The notes beneath the pieces are model-generated. The model was not told the origin of the DNA, made no database searches, and saw only the letters and a program-made list of their open reading frames with translations. A program made the position numbers and the translations under genes. This document shows, in pieces, positions 30,917 through 41,708 of a DNA stretch of 64,000 bases. How positions within the stretch are numbered: position 1 is the first letter of the stretch; each line of letters begins with the position of its first letter. Source of the stretch: an uncultured Planctomycetaceae bacterium (lineage in GTDB: Bacteria > Planctomycetota > Planctomycetia > Isosphaerales > Isosphaeraceae); the NCBI GenBank assembly GCA_963833985.1, contig CAWIAD010000002.1, positions 2,400,001 through 2,464,000 of the forward strand. Reading direction: 5' to 3'.

Positions 30917-32704
30917 TTAGAAGTCGCTGAACCACTGGAGCTGGAACAGCGTGCCGCTTTCTCCTGCGCGGTAGCCGGTAAGGATGTTCTGAGCGGGCGA
31001 GTGATCGATGCGCAGGACCTCGAAGGTCATCCGCCAGTCGCGGGTGCCCTTGACGTACCAGTTGATGCCTCCGCCATACTCGTCGCCACCGCCGAACGGG
31101 CCGGTCACGAAGGACGTCCGGGCAAATAGCTCGAGCTTGCGGGGTGCCACGAAATACCCCGCCTGCAAGAGCCCGCCATGGTCGAAGATGGTGTGGTAGG
31201 GGGAGCGGCCGCCGGCTTCCTTGAGGCCGTCCAGCCAGCGGAAGAAGTACTCGCCCGAAATGCCGAGCCCGCGGTACTTGAGCGCGGCATCGACCGTCCA
31301 CAACTGCACCGCCGTGGAAAGCAGCCGCACGCCGGGCCCCAGTGCACCCTCGCGGAACAGGGGCGTGCCATCCGAGAGACGAAGGATGGTGTCCTCGGGA
31401 TTGGCCAGACCATACAGGCCGATGCCTTGATTGGTCTCGCGCGAGAGCGCCAGGTTGGTGCCCAGTCGCGGTGTCAGGCGCTGGTGATCTTCCAGGTCCG
31501 ACGGCCCGGGACCGAACCGGCCGTTTGGCTCCCACCAGACCGTGCCGCCGAAGGTCGCCGCTCCGCCCACTCGATCAATTCCCTGGCTGAACCGATTCAG
31601 CGAGTTGGCGAGCATTGCGACGTAGTAGAGGTTCGTGATCGGCTGTCCTTGTGCCCAGATCCCCGGGCTGATGTTGGGCCTGAAGAATGTCGTCGCCATG
31701 AGCCGGTCTGCGCCCATCGTGTACCGGAATGACTCGATCCACTCGCGTGTCCCGGGCACCAGCCAGTTGCCGACCCTGAGATCGAACGCATCGTTGAAGT
31801 GATAATTGATCCAGCCCAGGTAGACCGTGTCGTTGAGGGCTGTTGAAGAGAAGATGATGGCCGTGTACTGGAGCCGCTCGTCGAGGGCGAACCCGGAGAA
31901 CTGAATGAAGTTGCGGTTGATCTCGAACGCCTCGAAGCTGCGCACGGGCCGTCTCGCGCCGGTGCTGTCCGCCCAGGAATTCACGCTGGGGGCGAAGTTG
32001 ATGAACCGGGCCTGAGTGAACAGGTCGGCGCGCAGCTCGAAAGGCACGCGCTGAGCATCCCTGGGCCGGACCAGGACGAACTGCCCGCGCTCGTCGTCGT
32101 ACTCGCCGACGAGGAAGCGGGAGAACTCAGGACGCGAAGGCTGGGCGGGCGGCAAATCCAGGGTGGGCAGGTCGCGCGTTTCACGCGGGCCGCCGGCATT
32201 CGGGGAACTCCCATCCCCGGAGCCCGGTAACGGCTGCAACTCCAGAGGAGGGAAGAGCGGACCGCGGGGCAGGGGTTCGAGCGCGGTGGGTAGAGAATCC
32301 AGCAGGAACGTCGACGGAAGCGCCGGGTCAGGCAGGGCGGGCATCGGAGCCTTCGGTGCCGGCTCCACGCGCTCCAGCCGCCGGTTGAGCTGATCGTATC
32401 CCTTGCTCACGGACTCGAGCTGCTTCACCAGCGAGCGGTTTTCCGCGGCAAGCTGAGCGTTCTGTTGCTCCAGGCGTTCCAGGCGGTGAGCCAGCTGTTC
32501 GACGGTGGCCGCCGTGGTTGCCGCTGGAGGGCGATCGGTCGGGTTACGAAGAACCTCCGCGGGGGCCGTCTGCGCGGGCAGCGAGGCGTTCCTCAGGCAC
32601 AGAAGCACGAGATCGAGGAGCCCCACCCAGATCCAGCGTCGGAAATGCAGTGGGCCACTGCAAGCTGCACAGCGTTCACGGATCGACCATACCGGAGCGG
32701 GCAT
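30917..32704 (-). CDS. Outer-membrane beta-barrel (OprO/P porin-like) with N-terminal coiled coil
   Basis: Signal peptide, coiled coil, Pro-rich linker, amphipathic beta strands (GGLLQAGYFV, GGINWYV), terminal Phe. Confidence 0.7.
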   Translation of the reverse strand: MPAPVWSIRERCAACSGPLHFRRWIWVGLLDLVLLCLRNASLPAQTAPAEVLRNPTDRPPAATTAATVEQLAHRLERLEQQNAQLAAENRSLVKQLESVSKGYDQLNRRLERVEPAPKAPMPALPDPALPSTFLLDSLPTALEPLPRGPLFPPLELQPLPGSGDGSSPNAGGPRETRDLPTLDLPPAQPSRPEFSRFLVGEYDDERGQFVLVRPRDAQRVPFELRADLFTQARFINFAPSVNSWADSTGARRPVRSFEAFEINRNFIQFSGFALDERLQYTAIIFSSTALNDTVYLGWINYHFNDAFDLRVGNWLVPGTREWIESFRYTMGADRLMATTFFRPNISPGIWAQGQPITNLYYVAMLANSLNRFSQGIDRVGGAATFGGTVWWEPNGRFGPGPSDLEDHQRLTPRLGTNLALSRETNQGIGLYGLANPEDTILRLSDGTPLFREGALGPGVRLLSTAVQLWTVDAALKYRGLGISGEYFFRWLDGLKEAGGRSPYHTIFDHGGLLQAGYFVAPRKLELFARTSFVTGPFGGGDEYGGGINWYVKGTRDWRMTFEVLRIDHSPAQNILTGYRAGESGTLFQLQWFSDF

Positions 32705-32975
32705 CCGTTGCTCTCATGGTCCGCCGAGGGAAAGCGGGAAATTGGATTCGCGGTACGTCGCGAACGAGTTCACCTGAGGAGTTGCTTGCGGGGCGACACA
32801 CGCATGCAGCGCGCCCCGTGAGCCGAATTGCGAGTCCCGGTTCATCCACCTCGTCCTATCGGCACTTCCGGCACAGTCGGTACAGCGAAATTACCAGAAT
32901 GGTTCAAGATGCCGCGGCTTCCTGCCGCCAGGACGTGCCTGATCCATGACCCGTGCCATCCGATGAGACAGGAGA

Positions 32976-33620
32976 TCATGGTTTCGGGTGTGCCGCGATG
33001 ATCCCCAGGCCGGTCAATCCCATGAGCACCAGCTCGACGGCCAGAGCCGTCATGATGACCCCCAGGACCTTGCCCACGACCAGGAGGGCGGTCGAGCCCA
33101 GCGCGCGGACGATGTACTGGCAGTAGCGGAGACATATATAATTGAGCGCCATGATCGTGACGATCACCGCCGAGAGGAAGAGGAATGCACCAAGATCATC
33201 CCGCTGGGCGAGCAAGGAGACGATGGAGACAAGCCCTGAGACCGAGGCCATGAGCGGGATCGCGAGCGGATAGACGGCGATGTCGGGTGCAGGCTCCGCG
33301 GCCTTTCGGTCAATGCCGTTCGCGTTTTCCGGATCCGCCTGCGCTTTACCCATCACCATGTCCAGAGAGAAGAGCAGCACGAGGATCCCGCCGCCGATCT
33401 GAAAGGCGGGGACCGAGACCTTGAGGAGCCTGAGGATGGCCTCGCCGAGAGCCGCAAACAGGAGGCATACGACCAGGGCGGTCAACACCGACCGCAGCGC
33501 CACGCGCTTGATGAACTCCGGGCGGGCTCCGAGGGTGAGCGTGGCGCAAACGACGGTGACCTTGAGCGGCCCGATGGCGGCAAGCAATAGCATGATGATC
33601 TCGGAATGTTTGAATTCCAT
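32976..33620 (-). CDS. MarC family integral membrane protein
   Basis: AFQIGGGILVLL, IAVYPLAIPLMA, KVLGVIMTALAVEL. Confidence 0.88.
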   Translation of the reverse strand: MEFKHSEIIMLLLAAIGPLKVTVVCATLTLGARPEFIKRVALRSVLTALVVCLLFAALGEAILRLLKVSVPAFQIGGGILVLLFSLDMVMGKAQADPENANGIDRKAAEPAPDIAVYPLAIPLMASVSGLVSIVSLLAQRDDLGAFLFLSAVIVTIMALNYICLRYCQYIVRALGSTALLVVGKVLGVIMTALAVELVLMGLTGLGIIAAHPKP

Positions 33621-33713
33621 GGGCCGGTTTCTTTCTTTGAAACGAAGTTGAGCCTGCGGGGTCATCGCAGCGCGTTCAAAAACAAAGTTAACGGCAATGC
33701 CGCGCCCAGTTCC

Positions 33714-33734
33714 ATGACATGCATGAATTGTCAT
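33714..33734. promoter_or_regulatory. Palindromic candidate operator in an AT-rich patch upstream of the MarC gene
   Basis: ATGACA-N9-TGTCAT. Confidence 0.35.
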
Positions 33735-34576
33735 TAGATCATAGTTAAAAAATGCACGATAGCAGGTACCTGACATGGGTCTTCCCCAGTACTCGCGGTG
33801 CTCCGGTATCCCACTGGAGGGAGGCCAGTCAGAGGGGGCACAATGCGACCTGCACGGTGAGGCCGAGCGGCGCTGCCTGATTCCGGGCAATACCTGCCCG
33901 CTCGTGAAACATGGTCAATCGGCCGCCCGCGGCCGAGAAGCGAATCAGGTTGCCTTGCCGGGACCGGAATTCAGGGCGGTCGCCGCCGGATATCTTTCGA
34001 GCGGGTTTAGGGATAGGGCAGGACGGTGGTCCGGCAACGGTCCTCGCCGCGAGAAGTGGATGCGGCGGTCCCGCAGGGCGGCACGTCCTTCGCATGGAGG
34101 TCTGCATCGTCACCGTTTCGAGGGCCATCGATCAGGCCGGGTGGCTGGCCAAAAAGAATGTGGAAGTCAAGAGGCCCGTGCTTGCCTCTCAGTCGCAAGG
34201 CACGGAGCCGCATGTTGTTGCGATCATATTCAGGGCCCACGGCCGGTCCTGCGTTGCGGAGCGGGAAAGCCCGTGCTGACGCTCTGATTTGCCCACTCGC
34301 CTCACTTGTGAAGAAATATAATTGTTCGTCGCCGTTTTTTCTGAATCTTCACTTGAATCCTGGAGTGCGGCACCCTAGGCTACAGTGGCTGTGGAAAACA
34401 TTGCCGGCATATGCCGGATGTGGAGCCACGAACGATCACGTACCTGTAGAGCCGTTTCGCTACGGCACGGCTCTGCCTACTGAGCCCGCAAACGCGCGGG
34501 TTCTCCCCACCTGTTCCCCGGGTTTCAGCGATAGGTATTCACGCCGAATATCGCAACCCATCCGAAGGAGTACAGC

Positions 34577-34951
34577 ATGGCAACGAAACTCATCGACCGT
34601 GAGACGAGATCGACCAGACAGAGCACCGGCGCCGAACAGCTTCGAGTCGACCATGTCCTCGATTCGCGGCACAAGTTCGTGGCAGCCGCACCGACGTACG
34701 TCACCGTTGAGCATGAGGGCGAGGACCTCCGCCTGGCCTTGCCCAGCAATTGCCCGGAGTGCGATTTCCACGTCAAGGGCGCCGTCGGCGAGTTCCTGTT
34801 CCTGATCGGCAGCCAGCATCCGGGTCGGGACGGTGAAACCTACCGCGGTGCCGTCGTGGTGGCACGGAGGCGGAGTGACGGGGTCTACGCCACGGAGCTC
34901 TGGCACGAGACGCATCTCTCGTTCGTGATGCGAGTTGCCACGGCGTTCTGA
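34577..34951 (+). CDS. Hypothetical protein
   Basis: AAGGAG RBS before the ATG; genome-like codon usage; CxxC (CPEC). Confidence 0.65.
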   Translation: MATKLIDRETRSTRQSTGAEQLRVDHVLDSRHKFVAAAPTYVTVEHEGEDLRLALPSNCPECDFHVKGAVGEFLFLIGSQHPGRDGETYRGAVVVARRRSDGVYATELWHETHLSFVMRVATAF

Positions 34952-35253
34952 ACGCCCCACCGGCGCGGTCGTCAGGCAGCATCACAAACTTGCGCCGCCG
35001 GCTTGCGCGGCCGGCAGCAGGTCTCGGGAACCGCCCGGTGATCCGGCATTCCCAGGTCGACACTCCGTTGTGTTCGCTCTTTTCTGATCAGGACCCGCGG
35101 GTCGATTCCGCGGCAGCCTCATTGTGGACTTACCATGAGCGGCTAAGGCCTTGGCGCCCAGGCTGGCCCGGACCAGAGCCGGCCCGGCCTCAGCTCCGGC
35201 GCCGCTGTATCGCTTCAAAACTCATCAATAAACTCAGGTCAAAAGGAAAAAGG

Positions 35254-36048
35254 ATGCAAACGAGGTTTGCGGAATCAACGAGGCCGGCGCTTGTGGGGCC
35301 GGATTTCAGCCTGGTGGGCAAGAAGGCGTACGTGACCGGAGGCTCGCGGGGCATTGGCCGAGCGGTCGCCCTGGCGCTGGCGTCGGCGGGGGCTGACGTC
35401 GCGATCGGCTGCAACACCAGCAGCGACTCGGTCGAGGAAGTCTGCCAGAGCATCCGGGAGGCGGGCCGGAAGGCCGAGTTTTACCCTCACGACCTCTCCC
35501 GGCCCGAGGAAGTGACTCGCGCCTGCGGCGAGGTCCTCGAGGCCTTCGAGGGCATCGACATCCTGGTGAACAACGCGGGAATCACCCGCGACCGGTCGTT
35601 CAAGAAGATGGCCTCCACCGACTGGAACGAGGTCATCGACACGAACCTGAGCAGCGTCTTCCATGTGACCAAGCCGTTCATCGACGGCATGGCCGAGCGC
35701 GGCTGGGGACGGGTGGTGAACATTTCGAGTGTGGTCGGGGTGATCGGCAACTTCGGTCAGGCGAACTACGCGGCCGCCAAGGCGGGTATGATCGGGCTCA
35801 CCAAGACGCTGGCTCGCGAGTACGCTCGCAAAGGTGTGACGGTCAACGCGGTCGCTCCCGGGTTCATTCGCACGCGGATGGTCGACGGTATCCCCGAGAA
35901 GGCCATCGAGGCGGTGGTGGCCATGACTCCGGTGGGCCGTCTTGGAGACCCGGCCGAGATCGGCGCAGCGGTGCTTTACCTCGCTTCGCCGGCTGCCGGC
36001 TTCATCACCGGCCATGTGCTGGACATCAACGGCGGCCTGGCGATGTGA
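35254..36048 (+). CDS. SDR: acetoacetyl-CoA reductase (PhaB-like) or 3-oxoacyl-ACP reductase
   Basis: TGGSRGIG, NNAGITRD, GNFGQANYAAAKAG (YxxxK), VAPGFI. Confidence 0.88.
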   Translation: MQTRFAESTRPALVGPDFSLVGKKAYVTGGSRGIGRAVALALASAGADVAIGCNTSSDSVEEVCQSIREAGRKAEFYPHDLSRPEEVTRACGEVLEAFEGIDILVNNAGITRDRSFKKMASTDWNEVIDTNLSSVFHVTKPFIDGMAERGWGRVVNISSVVGVIGNFGQANYAAAKAGMIGLTKTLAREYARKGVTVNAVAPGFIRTRMVDGIPEKAIEAVVAMTPVGRLGDPAEIGAAVLYLASPAAGFITGHVLDINGGLAM

Positions 36049-36171
36049 CCCGGAACCGGAATCGGCCATGAGGAATTCGGAGCGCGGAGTGATAGAGTAT
36101 TCGCGTTCCGATTTCTTTTCGATCGTCCGCGTACCGTTGCCGGCCGCGGGCGGGTTCCGGAGAACAGGGTC

Positions 36172-37479
36172 GTGCAATGGCAGGCCAGGTTGCGGATATT
36201 GGCCGCGGGCAGAGCCTATCCCTGGCTCGTGGTCGTTTTGCTCTGGTTTTGCGGCTTCTTCAACTACGCGGATCGCCAGGGCGTCAACTCCGTCTTTCCA
36301 CTCCTCGAGCGCGAGTTCTCGCTCTCGGACACCCAGCTCGGAGCGCTCGGCACGGCCTTCATGATCGTCTATGCGGTCTGCTCGCCGCTGGCCGGTTACG
36401 TGGTGGATCGCACGAGGCGCCGGATTCTCATTCCCGCGGGGCTGGCCGTCTGGAGCCTGATCTGCGTGGCGACGGGCATGGCCCGGTCGTTTGGCCAGTT
36501 GCTTTTTTTTCGAGCCGCCGAGGGGCTGGGAGAATCGTTTTACTTCCCCGCGTCCGTGTCTCTCCTGGCCGATTATCACGGCAGTGCCACCCGCTCCCGT
36601 GCTCTGGGGATCCATCAGACGAGCGTCTACGTTGGCACGGCCGCCGGCGCGGCGCTGGCCGGCCGCCTGGCCCGCCACTTCGGATGGCGGTTTCCCTTCT
36701 ACGTGCTGGGGCTGGCGGGTACCGCTTATGCTCTCATGCTGGCATTCTTGCTCGTGGAACCGCTGCGGGGCCAGTCTGATGGTCCAGCGCCGCGGGCAAC
36801 TCCCGAATCAGAACCGGGGCAATCCGGCGAGGAACAGGGCGGTGCGGCGCCTCAGCCACTACTGAAGGTTGCACGCGTCCTGGCCAACCGGCCGGCCTTA
36901 CTGCTCTTGTGTGTGTTCATCGGCGCGAACTTCGTGGCTGCGGCCTTCCTGACCTGGTTGCCGACATACATCTATCGCAGCTATGCCCTGGACATCGCCG
37001 ATTCCTCGCTGACTTCCACGGCCTGGCCGCTGGCCAGCCTGGCCGGAGCCCTTTGTGGAGGCGCGCTGGCGGACCGGATGGCGCGGAGGCGACGGGGGGG
37101 ACGCATCCTGGTGCAGTCGGCCGGCCTGCTCCTGGCCGCCCCGTTCGTGTTCCTGGCCGGGCGGGCCGGAACGGTCCCCATGCTCGTCGTCTGGTTGCTG
37201 GCCGCGGGGCTGTGCAAGGGGGTCTACGATGCGAACATCTTCGCCTCGCTCTTCGACGTGGTGGAAGCCGAGGACCGGGGAACGGCGGCCGGATTGATGA
37301 ATTCAGTGGGCTGGACCGGCGGCGCGCTGGCGCCTCTGGTCGTCGGCATGGGATCGAAGCACTATGGCCTGGGCCTGGCGATCGCCTCGACGGCCGGTGT
37401 TTACCTGGCGGTCGGCCTGCTGGCCTTGCGTGTCAGTTACCTCGTGGACGATCGCGGCTTGCTTCCCCGACGGTCGTGA
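36172..37479 (+). CDS. MFS transporter
   Basis: NYADRQ, GYVVDRTRRR motif A, about 12 hydrophobic segments. Confidence 0.9.
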   Translation: MQWQARLRILAAGRAYPWLVVVLLWFCGFFNYADRQGVNSVFPLLEREFSLSDTQLGALGTAFMIVYAVCSPLAGYVVDRTRRRILIPAGLAVWSLICVATGMARSFGQLLFFRAAEGLGESFYFPASVSLLADYHGSATRSRALGIHQTSVYVGTAAGAALAGRLARHFGWRFPFYVLGLAGTAYALMLAFLLVEPLRGQSDGPAPRATPESEPGQSGEEQGGAAPQPLLKVARVLANRPALLLLCVFIGANFVAAAFLTWLPTYIYRSYALDIADSSLTSTAWPLASLAGALCGGALADRMARRRRGGRILVQSAGLLLAAPFVFLAGRAGTVPMLVVWLLAAGLCKGVYDANIFASLFDVVEAEDRGTAAGLMNSVGWTGGALAPLVVGMGSKHYGLGLAIASTAGVYLAVGLLALRVSYLVDDRGLLPRRS

Positions 37480-37486
37480 TCTCGGC

Positions 37487-39182
37487 ATGGAGAAGACGAA
37501 GTTGGACACTGTGAGCGTCTCCACGAACGCCCCGCGCCACCACGGAAGCGGCTATCACTGGATTCGCGGGGGCGACCTCAATGCGTTCTTCGGCCTGATG
37601 ATTGACAACGTCGGCGGCATGATCCTGATGACGAGCCTGCTGGTCGGCTTCGGCCTGCCTCATCATTTCGTGCTGGGCCGGATGATCCCGGGCACGGCGG
37701 TCGGCGTGCTCGTGGGCGATCTTATCTTCACGGGTATGGCGTTCCGTCTGGCGCGGCGGAGCGGACGGCACGACGTCACGGCGATGCCGCTGGGGCTCGA
37801 TACGCCCAGCACGTTCGGCTCCGTGATCCTGATCATCGGCCCGTCGTTCCGCGCTGCGCTGGGACGCGGCCTGGCGGCGGAGGCGGCGGCCCAGCACGCC
37901 TGGTTCCTGGGAATGACCATGCTGCTGGCCTCCGGCATTTTCAAGCTGGCCTGCGCCCCGATGAGCGGACGCTTGCGTGCGCTGGTGCCGCGTGCCGGGC
38001 TGCTCGGCTCGCTGGCGTCGATCGCCCTGGCGATCATCAGCTTTCTCCCCCTGCTCGACATCGCGGCCTTCCCGGTGGCCGGCTTCGTCTCGCTGGCGAT
38101 CATCCTGGCGACCTTGACGGCGCGGTGGCGGCTTCCCGGGGGCGTTCCCGGCGGCGCTCATGGCTGTGTCGCTGGGGTGCCTGGTCTATTACGCGATGCA
38201 CCTGGCCGGCCTGGGGCCCGGCGCCGGCGGCTCGGGCCCGGCACCAGAGTCGCTCTCCCGGTTCGCCCTGCCTTTGCCCCTGTCCCGCTGGTGGCCCTGG
38301 CTTGGAGAGTCGTGGCCCGAAATTGTGAGTTACCTGCCCGTGGCGCTGCCGCTGGCCCTGGCGACCGTCGTGGGCGGGATCGACTGCACGGAAAGCGCCG
38401 CGGCCGCCGGCGACGATTACCCGACCGGCCAGATCATCGCCGCCGAGGGAGTGGCCACGCTGGTCGGCGGCCTCTTCGGCGGCATCATCCAGTCGACGCC
38501 CTACATCGGCCATCCCGCCTACAAGGCCATGGGCGCCAGGGCCGGCTACACGCTGGCCACCGCGGTCTTCATTGGCACGGCAGGTGTCTTCGGCTATTTC
38601 GACTGGATCTTCTTCCTGGTTCCCCGGGCCGTCGTTTTTCCGATCCTCATCTTCATTGGCCTGGAGATCACGGCCCAGTCCTTTCACGCGACCCCCGTGC
38701 GGCACTATGCGGCGGTTGCCCTGGCGTGCGTTCCCGCACTGGCCTACCTCGCCCAGATCAATCTCAACCAGGTACTCCCGGAGCTGACCAGGCCCTATGC
38801 CGAGCTTTCACCGATGACCCAGCACTGGATCGCCACGGTGACCATGCTTTCGGGAGGGTTCATCATCACGTCGCTGCTCTGGGGAACCTTGCTGGCGGAG
38901 ATGATCGACGGCAGGGTCAAGCGGGCAGCCGGGACGCTGCTGCTGGCGGCTGCATGCTCCTGGTTTGGCATCATTCATTCGCCCCTGCCGTCGAGCCCGG
39001 TGACATCCCCGGCCGCGGTTCTCCGCCAGCTGCGCGAGCAGGGACGGGCGGCAGCCGCCAGCGAGCAGACGCCGTATCACTGGGGCGCGGCGTACGCCGC
39101 CATGGCCATCACGCTGCTGGTGGTCGGAAAAATCAGCACGCGACCGGCGGCCGGCCAGCAAGAACCCCGCGGCGCCACCTGA
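37487..39182 (+). CDS. Nucleobase/ascorbate-type permease, apparent indel near 38153
   Basis: GDLNAFFGLMIDN, VTAMPLGLDTPS, YIGHPAYKAMGARAGY; the two halves join at GGVPGALMAV. Confidence 0.8.
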
Positions 39183-39512
39183 TTCGCCGGCACTCTGATA
39201 TCGAACCCGACGTTCCGGCCCTGGAGCCGGCAGGACCAAGCTAGACGCCGCCGGAGTAAGACCTTAGTCTATTCATGGTCGAGCCAGGACGTGTCTCCAG
39301 GCCGGACCCCGCTCGCAACGGAACCGCGGGTCGGATTCATGTCTCGGACGTCCGGCACGGTGTCGAGCGGCTCTATGACTTGCATGTGTGGATTGGCTGT
39401 GGGTTGACCTGGGATCGTTTCGCGCTTAAATTGGCCAATATCCGGAACCGTGCTGTGGCAGTGGGTGTCCTGTAGTAGTCCGTTGCGTCGGTACCTTCTC
39501 GATGGGCTCGTC

Positions 39513-41281
39513 ATGCACAGTGGTATCGGTGTCAGTCCTGGGGTGGTAGTGGGTGTGGCCTACCGGGTCGAATCGGTGCTCGGCATGGCCGAAGCGAAGA
39601 CCCTGGAGAGTCCGGCCCTGGTGGATGCCGAGATGGCGCGCTTTGACCGGGCCGTGGAGGAGGCCGAGTCCGAGCTCGAGGGCCTGGTGCAGCGGGTTGC
39701 GCAGGAACTCGGCCCCTCGGCAGCGGAGATCTTCCAGACCCACCTTCAGATCCTGGGGGATCCCGGTCTGCTTTCCAGGGTCCATTCGCACATCGAGCAG
39801 CAGCACCTCACGGCGCTTTCCGCGCTCCACCTGGTGATGAATAGTTACGCGGCCCAGTTCGCCCGCATCGAACAGGACTATTTCCGTGAGCGGCTTACCG
39901 ATCTGCGTGACGTGATCTCGCGGATCGGCTCGCACCTGACTCGCCAGAAGGAGCCCAGCAGCAACGGGGCCACCGAGTCCCACGACGGCGAGGAGCCGGT
40001 GATCCTGGTGGCCCACGAGATCCTTCCCAGCCAGGCGATGAGCCTGGGAGATCTGCCGATCGCCGGAATCGTCACGGAGGTCGGCGGCAGCACCAGCCAC
40101 GCGGCCATCCTGCGCGAAGCCGCGGCATTCCGGCCGTCTCGGGGGTCGAGGGGATCATGAACGACGTGGCCAGCGGCGACACGATGGTCGTCGATGGCCG
40201 CGAGGGCCACGTCCTGGTCCGCCCGGACCAGGAAGCGACCATGGCGTACCGCAAGGTTCAGCGCGAGTTCTTCCATCTCAAGGATAGCCTCGTCTCCAAC
40301 CGCGACGAGCCGGCCCGCAGCCTCGACGGCACACGTGCCGAGTTGCTGGCGAACATCAATAATTTGGCCGACGCCCATGCCGCGGGCGCCGTGGGTGCTT
40401 CGGGAGTGGGCCTGTTCCGGACCGAGTATCTTTTCCTGACCCACCATGACGTCCCGGGCGAGGAAGAACAGTACGAGTATTACCGGCAGATCGTGCTCAA
40501 CTCCCCCGACCAAACCGTCACGATCCGCACGCTCGACCTGGGAGGAGACAAGACGGTTCCCTACCTGGGACGCCGGAGCGAGCCGAATCCGTTCATGGGC
40601 TGGCGCTCGATCCGCATTTTCTTCGAGAACCCGAAACTGCTCACCACCCAGATCCGTGCCATTCTCCGCGCGGGGCGGCACGGCAAGGTCTCCATGCTCT
40701 TCCCCATGGTCACCACCCTGGAAGAGCTACGCAAGATCAACAAGATGGTCAAGGATACACGTGATAACCTCCGCCGCGAGGGGGTGCCGTACGCCGACGA
40801 CGTGAAGACGGGGGTCATGGTTGAGGTTCCCGCGGCCGCCTTCTGCATCGAGGCGCTGCTGCGCGAGACAGACTTCATCTCGATCGGCTCCAATGACCTG
40901 ATCCAGTACCTGGTGGCGGCCGACCGCGATAACCCCAAGGTGGCCCACCTCTGCGAGCCGTTGAGCCCGGCCATCTTCCGGGTCTTGCAGATGGTGCTCG
41001 ATGCATGCGGACGCACGGGAACTCCCGTGACGCTGTGCGGAGAGATGGCCGGCCAGCCACGATCGGCGCTGGTGCTCTTCGGCATGGGGCTGAGGCGTTT
41101 CAGCATGAGCCCGGCCTTCGTTCCCACGATCAAGAACCTGCTCGCTGGGGTCACCACGGCGCAGGCCGAGCGATTCTCCCACCACGTGCTCCAGCTGTCG
41201 ACCAGTGATGAGATCCGGGCCTATCTCACGGCCAGACTGCGGGAGATTTCCAGCACCCTGGAAATCCTCGATTCGGTCTGA
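39513..41281 (+). CDS. ptsI: Phosphoenolpyruvate-protein phosphotransferase (PTS enzyme I), apparent indel near 40112
   Basis: GIGVSPG, TSHAAIL phospho-His, GLFRTE, RTLDLGGDK, EPNPFMGWRSIR, SIGSNDLIQY, CGEMAG. Confidence 0.92.
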
Positions 41282-41610
41282 CCCTGCCACGCCGGGGCCG
41301 GCCGATGCGCGGGGACCAGCATGTTGCCCCGCGATCCTCGGCTTGATAGGCTGTACGCCCTCAGGGGCCTGACTCCGCCATGCCGCGCCGGAGGCCGTGC
41401 GGTTGCACTGAGGGCGGCAAGCGCCGGCGCGGGGGCTTGCATCGGGTATAGCTCCCGCCACTCGCGTCGTGCTTTCGTTCCACGATCTGGGAATCCAATC
41501 CGAGAGAGTTTCTCAGCTTTGAGAAGGCCGGTCTTCGCGGGCCTCATCTCGTTTTTCAGAAACCGTTCGGCTGTATCCGATTACGTCCGTTTGACCTGGC
41601 GTTGTGGAAG

Positions 41611-41625
41611 TGGCACTCGGTTTGC
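41611..41625 (+). promoter_or_regulatory. Sigma54 (-24/-12) promoter of the Rieske/cytochrome b operon
   Basis: TGGCAC-TCGGT-TTGC, an exact match to TGGCAC-N5-TTGC, intergenic, about 85 nt before ATG 41709. Confidence 0.75.
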
Positions 41626-41708
41626 GACTATTTGTCTTTTCGCTTCCACGAGATGAAGTCAGGCAACTCACCGCCCCGTTGAGACGGCGGCACCCAGGAA
41701 TCCAAGCC

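Noticed and set aside
33775..34560. Several overlapping ORFs between the MarC gene and 34577
   Set aside because: No recognisable motifs or RBS; treated as intergenic or decayed sequence.
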